Source: Candidatus Eiseniibacteriota bacterium (lineage in GTDB: Bacteria; Eisenbacteria; RBG-16-71-46; CAIMUX01; VGJL01). From it: DNA of 64,000 nt. A program made the position numbers and the translations under genes. Within the stretch, counting starts at the first letter, position 1, and every line of letters begins with the position of its first letter. The notes beneath the pieces were generated by a model. The model did no database searches, had not been told where the DNA came from, and saw nothing but the letters and a program-made list of their open reading frames with translations. The stretch lies in NCBI GenBank assembly GCA_041946735.1, contig JBHGAY010000009.1, positions 76,425-140,424 on the forward strand, given 5' to 3'. Below are positions 40,523 through 49,236 of the stretch, piece by piece.

Positions 40523-42094
40523 ATGCGCCTGCGACTCTACCCGCGCTTGCACCTGCCGGCGGCGATTCCGCTCGCGTCGCTTCTCGCCGCCGTCTTGCTG
40601 GCCGGCCCGGCCCGGGCAGCCGTGCCGCCGCTTCCCGATGACCTGTCTCCGAAGGAATGGAAGCCTCCCAAGGAGTTGCGGCAGATCTTCGACGACTTCG
40701 ACGCAGTCGAGGGCTTCGAGGAGCTACGGGCGTTCGCCGATCGGGTGCAGCCGGTGCTCGAGAAGCATCCGGATTGGGTCGACCTCCATCGTTTCGCGAT
40801 CGGCCTCGCCCGCCAACTCGATGAAATGCCGGAGGCGAGGGCGAAGTACGAGGCGTGGGTCGAGCGCGATTCGACGAACGCCGCGGCGCAGTATCTGCTT
40901 GGGATCCTGGAAGGGCCCGGCGGGGAGAAGCGCCTCCGGAAGGCTCTCGAGCTCGATCCGCAGAGCTACTACGCCCGGTGCGGCCTCGGCCTGCTCCTGC
41001 TCGGCGGCAACGATCCCCGTCCCGACGAGGCGTTTCCCCTGCTGTTCGAAGCGGCGCGCATGCGGCCGGACCATCCCTACGCCTACCACGCGATCGCCCT
41101 CGGCTACGAGATGTCGAGGGACTGGGAGACCGGCCTGCGCGTGCGCAGGATGGCCGAGGTCGTCGAACCTTCCTCCTTCCAGCCGGTGCAGTACGAGATG
41201 AAGGATCTCCAGCAGCTGAAGCGAGGCGACGAGGTGCTGGGACGGCTCGAGGCGTTCGTCGAGGAGCATCCCAAGGACCGGCACGCCCAGCGCGCTCTCG
41301 TTCAGACCTACCTCGAGCTGAATCGGGTCGGCGACGCGATCCGTGTGCAGACCGGGTTGGCGGAGCAGGCGACCGACTATCCGGACGAGACGTACCGCGC
41401 GGCGCTCCTGCTCGCGCGGGCGGGACGTCGCGACGAGGCGCTCGATTGGCTGAAGCGCTCCGCAAGGCAGGGCTTCGACAACTACCGCGTGGCGGAGGAG
41501 GATGGCGGCCTCGACTCGCTGCGGGCCCTTGCCGGGTACGCGGAAGCGATCGCCGCCATGAAGGAGCAGCACGAGAAGCGGGCGCCGGAGTACCGGTCGC
41601 AGGTTCTCGCCAAACGGGTCGACGAGGCGGCTCCGCCGTTCGAGGTCACCACGCTCGACGGAAAGACGTTGCGACTGGACGATCTGAAGGGGAAGGTCGT
41701 CGTCCTCGACTTCTGGGCGACCTGGTGCGGGCCGTGCCAGAAGACGCTGCCGCTCGTCCAGCAGATCCAGAACTCGGTCGAAGGCAAGCCGGTCGAGATC
41801 CTCTGCATGAACGTCTGGGAGAAGGACAAGGAGCGCGCAAAGGTCGCTCCCTACTGGAAGGAGAAGGGATACACGATGTCCGTCGGGCTCGCGAGCGCGG
41901 ACGATGCGACCCGCTACGCCGTCCGCGGAGTCCCGACGCTCTTCGTCCTCGATCGCGATGGGAAGATCCGGTTCCGCCACTCCGGATACACGCCGTTCAT
42001 GGACGAGGAGATCTCCTGGGTGATCGATTCGCTTCTCGCCGAGACGACCGAAGGGGACGGCACCGGCTCCTCGCAAGGGGAGCTGGTTCGCTGA
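40523..42094 (+). CDS. Exported TPR protein with C-terminal TlpA/ResA-like thioredoxin domain
   Basis: Signal peptide, TPR helices, GKVVVLDFWATWCGPC, GVPTLFVLDRDGKI. Confidence 0.9.
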   Translation: MRLRLYPRLHLPAAIPLASLLAAVLLAGPARAAVPPLPDDLSPKEWKPPKELRQIFDDFDAVEGFEELRAFADRVQPVLEKHPDWVDLHRFAIGLARQLDEMPEARAKYEAWVERDSTNAAAQYLLGILEGPGGEKRLRKALELDPQSYYARCGLGLLLLGGNDPRPDEAFPLLFEAARMRPDHPYAYHAIALGYEMSRDWETGLRVRRMAEVVEPSSFQPVQYEMKDLQQLKRGDEVLGRLEAFVEEHPKDRHAQRALVQTYLELNRVGDAIRVQTGLAEQATDYPDETYRAALLLARAGRRDEALDWLKRSARQGFDNYRVAEEDGGLDSLRALAGYAEAIAAMKEQHEKRAPEYRSQVLAKRVDEAAPPFEVTTLDGKTLRLDDLKGKVVVLDFWATWCGPCQKTLPLVQQIQNSVEGKPVEILCMNVWEKDKERAKVAPYWKEKGYTMSVGLASADDATRYAVRGVPTLFVLDRDGKIRFRHSGYTPFMDEEISWVIDSLLAETTEGDGTGSSQGELVR

Positions 42095-42200
42095 GAGAAC
42101 GCGGCCGAGCGGAGAGAGAGGCCGAGAAGCGAGGACGGCCGGGGGAGCGCGACGATTCGAGCGCGGACCGGGAAGCCGGCTGGAGAGAGAGGACTCGCGA

Positions 42201-42413
42201 CTACTCCACGAGGCCCCAGATCACCATCGCCTTCTCCCGTCCTCCTTCGGAGAAGTAGATGACGTCGTACTTGCAGCGATCGAACGGGCCCTCGTAGCCG
42301 AGCTTCGTCAGGAACCGCTGCACCTGGCTCGGCTCGAGGACCTGATACTGCACGCGTGGGTTCCTCTGCTGCATTTCGCGGATGCTGTCCTGGATGGTCG
42401 GCACCGTGGCCAA
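42201..42413 (-). CDS. Small hypothetical protein (70 aa)
   Basis: TTG start after AAGGAG; composition is protein-like rather than shadow-ORF-like. Confidence 0.65.
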   Translation of the reverse strand: MATVPTIQDSIREMQQRNPRVQYQVLEPSQVQRFLTKLGYEGPFDRCKYDVIYFSEGGREKAMVIWGLVE

Positions 42414-42639
42414 TGCTCCTTCCCCGTCGCGCGGCTTCCGCGCACTTCCGCGCACTGCTGAAACGCCGCCGCATGGCGGCGTTATGGAACACAGTCGCAT
42501 CACGGTCGCGCCGGCCGAGCGTCGATTTCGAGTCGAATTCGAATAGACGCTGGTCGACGCTACGACGCCCTCCGGCCGCACGCACGCCCGGATGCCCCGG
42601 AGCGCCCGGGCGAGCGGCCAGGGATTTCTGCGCCTCCCC

Positions 42640-43407
42640 TTATCGGCTCGTGGGGGCGGGCTCACCGCTCTTGCGCGGTCGCCCACGCCGGTTCCGTGGT
42701 CTCAGACCGTGGCGGCGCATGAGATTCCTCACGCGCGTCTCCGTCACTCCGAGACGCCGGGCGGCGCGCGACTGGTTCCAGCCCTCTACCTCGAGAGCCG
42801 CGACGAGCCGGCGCCGCTCGAGGTCCTTCAGCTCCTCGTCGAGATTCGACGTGGCGCCAAGGTCCACGATGCGGGCGAGATGCGCCTCGACCCGCTCGGC
42901 CGACGCGCTGTCGCCGATCTGTCCGTAGGTTTCCTTCGCCTTGCGATACAGATCGCGCGCCCGGTCCACGTTGCCGGTCCGCTCCTGGACGAGCCCCGCG
43001 TTCTCCATCACCTCGGCGCGGGTGCGACCCGGATCGAGGGGATTGGCGATCTCCAGCGCCTCGTCCATCGTTTCCGCGGCTTCGCGCGACCGGCCCGCCT
43101 CGAGATGCACACGGCCGAGGTCACCCAGCGCGCGGGCGGTGCCGATCGGGTCGGACGCATTGCGGCGAAGTTCGACCGCCTCGCGGAGCCGTTCTCCCGC
43201 GGCGTCCAGATTCCCCGTCTCCCGCTCGAGGACTCCCTGGCTTGCGCGTACGGCCGCAATCCATTCGGGTCGCTGCTCCGTTTCGGAGATGCGATACGCC
43301 TCGTCCAGGAGCGCCTGCGCGCGTTCGACGGCACCACGTTCCCTTTGGGCGGTGGCCGCATCTAGGAGCAATCGCACGAGCTGTTCTTGCGTCCATGCAC
43401 TCGGCAT
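42640..43407 (-). CDS. TPR-repeat protein with C-terminal Fis-type HTH and no AAA+ domain
   Basis: About four TPR-like repeats, then LDEELKDLERRRLVAALEVEGWNQSRAARRLGV. Confidence 0.8.
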   Translation of the reverse strand: MPSAWTQEQLVRLLLDAATAQRERGAVERAQALLDEAYRISETEQRPEWIAAVRASQGVLERETGNLDAAGERLREAVELRRNASDPIGTARALGDLGRVHLEAGRSREAAETMDEALEIANPLDPGRTRAEVMENAGLVQERTGNVDRARDLYRKAKETYGQIGDSASAERVEAHLARIVDLGATSNLDEELKDLERRRLVAALEVEGWNQSRAARRLGVTETRVRNLMRRHGLRPRNRRGRPRKSGEPAPTSR

Positions 43408-43426
43408 TATCACGCTCCTGCCCTCC

Positions 43427-45568
43427 TCAGCGGCTGAGGATGACCTTCGTCCGGGCGGCGCGGCCGTGCGCCTCCAACAGAGCGAGGTACACCCCCGAAG
43501 GGAGATCTCTGCCGTCGGCGCCGCGCAGATCGAAAGGCATTTCGTTCCATCCTTCATGGGTGACGGCCCTGGTCTCCCGCCAGAGACGTCTTCCCGTGGC
43601 TTCGAAGATCGTCATGCGAACCATCTCGGACATGCTGCCCGGAGGGGCGTACCAGCGAAGCACCGCGCCCGCCTTCCAGGGGTTCGGGCTCACCTCGATG
43701 CGCCATCCGTCGACGACGGGAAGGAGGTCATCCGTCCCCGACGCCTGCGGCGTGCGGAAGGAGAAATCGGCGCGGCAGAGCCGGCGATAGCCGTCCGGCT
43801 CCTCCGCGATCACCCTCCAGTAGAAGAGTGTTTCCGGCGGCAGCGGGACCGGAAGCGTCCACGTCGTGTCCGCGATCTCGGAGTAAACGAGAGGAGTTCC
43901 GAAGTCCTGCTCCTCGTCCACCCACACCTCGTAGCGGATCACTTCGCCTTGCGGATCGGCCGACCGGTTCCATACGAAGGTCGGACGGACGGTCGGAGTC
44001 GTCGACCCGTCGGGAGGCTGCTGCAGGCTGAACGGGAGCGGGACCAGGACAGGCGTGTAGTGGATCGCCGCGTCGACGTCGATTCTTCCCCACCCGTAGT
44101 CGTTGTCCGGATGCGTGTGGCGGTCGGCGGTCGAGATGAGCGCGCGGCGCGCTTGCCACACGCTCCACTCGGGGTGCGCCTCGAGGACGAGGGCGACCGA
44201 GCCGCCGACGAGAGGAGTCGAAAGCGAGGTTCCGCTGGCATCGGTATACGTATCGGTGTCGTTTGCGTCGGCGCACCACGTATCGACCCCGCGCGCGACG
44301 ACCTCCGGCTTCGTACGGCCGTCGGCCGTCGGGCCCCGGCTGGAGAAGTTCGCGATCGAGTTCTCGTTCGAGACAGCGCCGCAAGCGAGCATCGTGTCGG
44401 CGTCGGCGGGCTCCCCGAGGCTCCCGAGGTCGGGACCCGAGTTCCCCATCGCGTTCACGCAGAGAATCCCGCGCTGCGCGGCGCGGTCGATCGCCCGGGT
44501 GATCGGCGCGGTGTCGCCGTCGAGCTGCGCGTAGTCCCATCCCGAACCGTCGTCGAAGTCCTTGTAGATCAGTGACGCCGAGGTGGAGGAGATGCCGAGC
44601 GAGTCGCCCCACTCGAGCGCGGCCACGTAATTGTCCTCTTCGACCGGCAGCTCGGAGCGGACGTCCTCGGTCTTCGCGAGCACGAACGTCGCGCCGTAGG
44701 CGGGGCCGATCAGATTCCCCGGCGCGTAGCCGCCGCACGCGCCCCACGTCGCGGTGCCGTGCCAATGCTGCGAGGGATCGTCTTCCGGCTCGTTCTGCGT
44801 GTCGCCGTCGCCGAAGACGAAGTCGCGCTCGGCGAGGAGGTCGGTCTGCTGGAAGGCGTCGTGGTCCTTGCGGAATCCCGTGTCGAGCATCATCACGCGG
44901 ACGCGGGCCCCCGTGTATCCCTCCTGATGGGCGGCAGGAACGTCGATCTCGTCGAGCTGCGCGCGCGAAGGGCCGTAGATGTCGTCCACGCCGCCGAGCG
45001 GACGGCGCAGCCGCCGGGACGGATCGGGCCGCTCGAGCAGCCGGCCGTCCGGCGCCCGTTCCGGTCCCAGGCCCGCGGACGCCAGCCTGGCGACCGGCCG
45101 CACCTCGAGGACGAACGGCAGAGCCGCGATCGCGGCGATTTCCGTGACCGGCACCCGGGCGCTGACCGCGTTCAGCCAGCGGCTCTCGTGGCGGATCGTG
45201 CCATGAGCGGCGACCGCGCGGCGGTAGGCGGGACAGATGGGAAGGTCGGCGTCATCGGCCAGGGCCGCTCCAACAGCGGCGCGGCGGGCCAGAGCTTCGT
45301 CTCCGATCCTCTCCTGGGCTTGTCGAAGGGCTTCGGCGCGGGCGGCCTCCGTCGCGAATCCACGGTCCGCGAACGATACCCAGACGATCGCCTCGGAAGG
45401 AGGAGCCGTCTCCGAGCGAGGAGCCATACGATCCTCCACGCTCGGACCGGCCGCGCCGATCCGGGCTTGGAGGACCGGGTGAATTCGACCGGCTCCGGCG
45501 TCCCCTGGGAGAGTCGTCTCGAGCAAGCCAAGCCCGAGAATCCCGAGGATCGAGAGGGTTCGTTGCAT
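43427..45568 (-). CDS. Secreted S8 subtilisin-like peptidase with C-terminal Ig-like and FlgD/T9SS-like tail
   Basis: Triad motifs LDTG, HGT, SGTSLSTP; NDYGWG; tail VSPNPW...DLPSGVYL. Confidence 0.93.
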   Translation of the reverse strand: MQRTLSILGILGLGLLETTLPGDAGAGRIHPVLQARIGAAGPSVEDRMAPRSETAPPSEAIVWVSFADRGFATEAARAEALRQAQERIGDEALARRAAVGAALADDADLPICPAYRRAVAAHGTIRHESRWLNAVSARVPVTEIAAIAALPFVLEVRPVARLASAGLGPERAPDGRLLERPDPSRRLRRPLGGVDDIYGPSRAQLDEIDVPAAHQEGYTGARVRVMMLDTGFRKDHDAFQQTDLLAERDFVFGDGDTQNEPEDDPSQHWHGTATWGACGGYAPGNLIGPAYGATFVLAKTEDVRSELPVEEDNYVAALEWGDSLGISSTSASLIYKDFDDGSGWDYAQLDGDTAPITRAIDRAAQRGILCVNAMGNSGPDLGSLGEPADADTMLACGAVSNENSIANFSSRGPTADGRTKPEVVARGVDTWCADANDTDTYTDASGTSLSTPLVGGSVALVLEAHPEWSVWQARRALISTADRHTHPDNDYGWGRIDVDAAIHYTPVLVPLPFSLQQPPDGSTTPTVRPTFVWNRSADPQGEVIRYEVWVDEEQDFGTPLVYSEIADTTWTLPVPLPPETLFYWRVIAEEPDGYRRLCRADFSFRTPQASGTDDLLPVVDGWRIEVSPNPWKAGAVLRWYAPPGSMSEMVRMTIFEATGRRLWRETRAVTHEGWNEMPFDLRGADGRDLPSGVYLALLEAHGRAARTKVILSR

Positions 45569-45675
45569 GCTGCCGCCGCGCATCGAGCTCATGATGGGTC
45601 GGTCACCTCCCGGGTCGCGTCCATAACTCATTCTAACAGCCTGCTACCACCCGGCCATGTACAATCACGTCCGGC

Positions 45676-48090
45676 ATGTCGGGTATCAAGTCCTCGCGCT
45701 CCCGGCTCCACAGCCGGACGACCGATCGCGATCGCGCGGCGCCCCATCCTGCCCGGACGGCCGCCTCGGCGGCCTCGGCCGCCGCGGGAGCGCCTCGGCC
45801 CGCGCGCGGCCGGTGGCTGCATGCCGCGGCATGGGTTGCCGTTGGCCTCTGGGGCCTGGCCGGGCTCCTTCTCGCGTCGACGGAGATCGTCGACCCCGAC
45901 TTCGCGTTCCACGTGGGTTGGGGACGCGTGCTCCTGACGAACTTCCCCGGCGCATCCCACGTCACCCTCGGTCAGTCCTCCGCCGTCCAGTCCTATGCGT
46001 ACAGCTACTGGCTCTACCAGGTGGCGGTCTCCCTTGTGTTCGGCTCGGGGGGCGCCGGGGCCGTCGTACTGCTGCGCGCCTTGCTGCTCGCGGCCGCCTT
46101 CTTCCTCGCCGTTCGGATCGCCCTCCGCCAAGGCGTCCCCGTCGTCTCGATCCCGATCCTCCTCGCATTCGCCCTGGTGACCGCTCAGGAGCGCTTCCTC
46201 GACCGCCCGGAACTGGTCTCCTACGTCCTGTGGGTCGCCGCCCTCGGCGTTCTGATGCGGCCCGGCAGCCGGGATCGTCGCGCGCTCCGCCTCCTCGTGC
46301 CGATTCTGGTCCTCTGGACGAACACGCACCTCAGCTTCCCGCTGATGCTCGGCATGGTGGGGCTCTTCGCCATCGGTGAGAGGCTCGAGGGCCAGCCGCT
46401 CCGGCCGCGAGCCATCCAGATCGCCGTGCTCCTCCTCGCGAGCTTCCTGAATCCGGCCGGCCCGCTCGTGTGGCGCAGTCTCGAGCAGATCGTGCCGTTC
46501 TTCGGACGGGGACAAGGGCTGCCGTTCCGGATCGAGGAGATGACGAGCCCGTTCGGCTCCTACCAGGAAAGCCCGGCCGTCTGGGCTTTCCGGATCGGGA
46601 TGCCCCTCTTGGTCGCCGCAGCGCTTCTCGCCCGCCGTAGGATGCCGGCCGGCGCATTGCTCGTCCTGCTGGCGAGCGCGCTTCTCGCGGCCCGTGCACG
46701 GCGCGCGATGCCGCTCTTCGCGCTGACCACGCTGTGTGTGACGCCCGCCGCCCTCCGGGCGCTGTTCGAGGGGACACGCGATCGGGAGCGGCGTCCGGCC
46801 ACGAAGATCGCCCGAGCGATCGGCATAGCCCTGGTGGCGGTTCCGCTCTTCGCAGGGGTCGTTACCGTCCTCGGCCTCGCCAACGGGCGGATCTTCCTCG
46901 CTCTGGATCAGGACCGGTCGATCGCGTTTCGGATGAGCCCGCGCTTCCCGGCGCTCGAAGCGGCGCGCTTCCTGCACGACCAGGGAGTGCAGGGCCCGGT
47001 CTTTCACAATGCGGTCGCTGCCCCCGCGATCCTCTTGGAGAACGGGACGCGGCTGACGCCCTTTCTCGACGCGCGCTGGCGTGGGACGCCGGAGGCGGTC
47101 GCCATCTATCAATCGATCCGGACGGCCGGCGACGCAGCAATCGCGGAGCGATGGAAGCAGGCGATGGAGGCCCGTGGTTTCGAGGCGGTGCTCCTCGACT
47201 TCTATGAGATGCCGGCGCTGCTGCGGCTCCTCGACGAGGACCCGCGATGGGCGTTCGTCCACGTGGACGAGACGGCGGCCGTCTTCGTCCGGAGACAGGG
47301 AGCGAACGCGGCGATCGCCCGACGACTCGAGAATGCCGAGCCGCTTCGCGCCGGCCGCGATCCGGTGCGCGAGCAGGCGCTCGCCGACGCGATCGTGCGC
47401 TTCCTGAACTCCCCGGCGCCGTCGCTGCTCGCGCCGGTGCGCTTCCCCTACGGACCGTTCTACGATGCGAACCTCGCGCTGCAGCTCGGACGCACCTACG
47501 ACACGCAGGAGGCGTATCTGCGGCTCCTGCAGCAGGAGCACGGCTCGCTGCATGGCAGCACGCATCGCACGGAGATCCTGAACAACCTGCTTTGGGCTCT
47601 GCGCGACGCCGACCAGCCGGCTGCCACCGCCGGTCTCGCCGCAGCCGTCGCGACCGATCCGGCCACCGGTCCCGAGGAACGCCGTAATCTCGCGCTGCGA
47701 CGGGCTCGGGCGCTCGACCGTCTCGGAGAGGACGAAGAAGCGGAGCGACTTGCTCGCCAGGTCGTGGAAGATCCGGCGGCGAACCCGGATCAGAAGTGGG
47801 CCGGCTGGTGCCGTGTCGCGAGCATTCGGTCGGAGGCTTCGGACTTCGAGGAGACGGCGGCGGCGCTGCGCCGGGCGACCGAGGCGCGGCCCGGCTCGGC
47901 GGAGACGTATCGATCGCTCGGAACGGTGCTCGACGTCAAGCTGGCGCGCCCGGCCGAGGCGCGTGAATCGTACCGGCGGTTCGTGGAGCTGGGCGGCGAC
48001 GATCCATGGGTCGTCGAGCGGCTTCGCGCGCTGGGAGAGGCGCCGCGAGGCGGCTCGCCTGGCGCTGCCGTTGCCGATTCGATCCGCTAG
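45676..48090 (+). CDS. Multi-TM membrane protein with C-terminal TPRs (GT-C-like, inferred)
   Basis: DPDFAFHVGWGR, DRPE, LWTNTH, LNP, FLDAR; about 11 TM helices, then TPRs; paralogous to 61695. Confidence 0.7.
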   Translation: MSGIKSSRSRLHSRTTDRDRAAPHPARTAASAASAAAGAPRPARGRWLHAAAWVAVGLWGLAGLLLASTEIVDPDFAFHVGWGRVLLTNFPGASHVTLGQSSAVQSYAYSYWLYQVAVSLVFGSGGAGAVVLLRALLLAAAFFLAVRIALRQGVPVVSIPILLAFALVTAQERFLDRPELVSYVLWVAALGVLMRPGSRDRRALRLLVPILVLWTNTHLSFPLMLGMVGLFAIGERLEGQPLRPRAIQIAVLLLASFLNPAGPLVWRSLEQIVPFFGRGQGLPFRIEEMTSPFGSYQESPAVWAFRIGMPLLVAAALLARRRMPAGALLVLLASALLAARARRAMPLFALTTLCVTPAALRALFEGTRDRERRPATKIARAIGIALVAVPLFAGVVTVLGLANGRIFLALDQDRSIAFRMSPRFPALEAARFLHDQGVQGPVFHNAVAAPAILLENGTRLTPFLDARWRGTPEAVAIYQSIRTAGDAAIAERWKQAMEARGFEAVLLDFYEMPALLRLLDEDPRWAFVHVDETAAVFVRRQGANAAIARRLENAEPLRAGRDPVREQALADAIVRFLNSPAPSLLAPVRFPYGPFYDANLALQLGRTYDTQEAYLRLLQQEHGSLHGSTHRTEILNNLLWALRDADQPAATAGLAAAVATDPATGPEERRNLALRRARALDRLGEDEEAERLARQVVEDPAANPDQKWAGWCRVASIRSEASDFEETAAALRRATEARPGSAETYRSLGTVLDVKLARPAEARESYRRFVELGGDDPWVVERLRALGEAPRGGSPGAAVADSIR

Positions 48091-48333
48091 CACTCTCGCC
48101 GTTCATCCGCCCACACCCTCTGGGCCAGCGCATCCGTTGGAGAAATCCTGATCCTGCTGCCGCATGCGGTTCTCGCGAAACGCTGCTTCCGCGGCGCTGG
48201 GAAGCAGGGAGATCGCGACCCTGCTCGTCTCGCATCATCCTCCCAAGGAGGTGCTCCTCGACTCCGGCAGGCCCGCCGGGGGCCTTCTCTTGTCGACGGC
48301 GGGAGTCCCCGCTGACGGACGTATACTTGCGCC

Positions 48334-49095
48334 ATGCCGCGCTGCATCGTCCGCGAGGTCGAGGCGAAGTCGATCCTCAATCGCTCGAAGATCCACGATT
48401 ACTGCGTCAATCCGTATACCGGCTGCGAGGTAGGGTGCGCCTACTGTTACGCGGCGCTGTTCATGCGCCGCTACAGCGGGCACAGCGAGCCGTGGGGAGC
48501 CTTCGTCGACATCAAGGTCAACGCGCCCGATCTTCTCGCGAGGCAGATCCTCCGAGCGAAGCGCGGGACGATCTGGTTCGCCTCCGTGTGCGATCCCTAC
48601 CAGCCGATCGAGGAGCGGTATGCGCTGACGCGTCGCTTGCTCGAAGTCCTGGCAGGCCGGGACTTCCCCGTTTCGATCCAGACGAAGTCCGCTCTCGTAC
48701 GCCGCGACCTTGACGTCATTCGCCGCATTCCCAACGTCGAGGTCGGATTCACCATCACCACGGAAGACGAGACGATGGCGAAACTGTTCGAGCCGAAAGC
48801 CTCCCCGGTCCGCGAGCGTGTGGCGGTCCTACGCGAGTTCCGGAAGGCGGGGATCGCCACGTTCGCCTTCGCCGGCCCCTTGCTTCCCGGAGATCCCGAG
48901 AAGCTTGCCGCGCTCCTTCGTGGAGCGGTCGATCGTGTTCTCGTCGATCGGATGAACTACGAGTCGTCGGTGAGGAAGGTCTACGCCCGCCACGGTCTGC
49001 TGCATGCCCTCGACGATTCCTTCTTTCGCGCGCAGGCGAAGCGGTTGGCCGAAGCCCTACGCGGCAGCGGCGTCCGTGTCGAAGTCCTCTTCTGA
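48334..49095 (+). CDS. Radical SAM protein, spore-photoproduct-lyase-like family
   Basis: VNPYTGCEVGCAYCYA, DPYQPIE, IQTKS, FEP. Confidence 0.9.
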   Translation: MPRCIVREVEAKSILNRSKIHDYCVNPYTGCEVGCAYCYAALFMRRYSGHSEPWGAFVDIKVNAPDLLARQILRAKRGTIWFASVCDPYQPIEERYALTRRLLEVLAGRDFPVSIQTKSALVRRDLDVIRRIPNVEVGFTITTEDETMAKLFEPKASPVRERVAVLREFRKAGIATFAFAGPLLPGDPEKLAALLRGAVDRVLVDRMNYESSVRKVYARHGLLHALDDSFFRAQAKRLAEALRGSGVRVEVLF

Positions 49096-49236
49096 CCCGA
49101 GCCGCGCGCGCGCCTGGCATCGCCCGCGCGCGGGCACTTCCCTGTGTCAAGGTTTTGAGCGAAATCCCTGGGCGGATTGCGCTAGAATCTCTCCGCGCCA
49201 TGGTGGCCCCGGCTACGCCGCGACCTGGGAGGTGCC

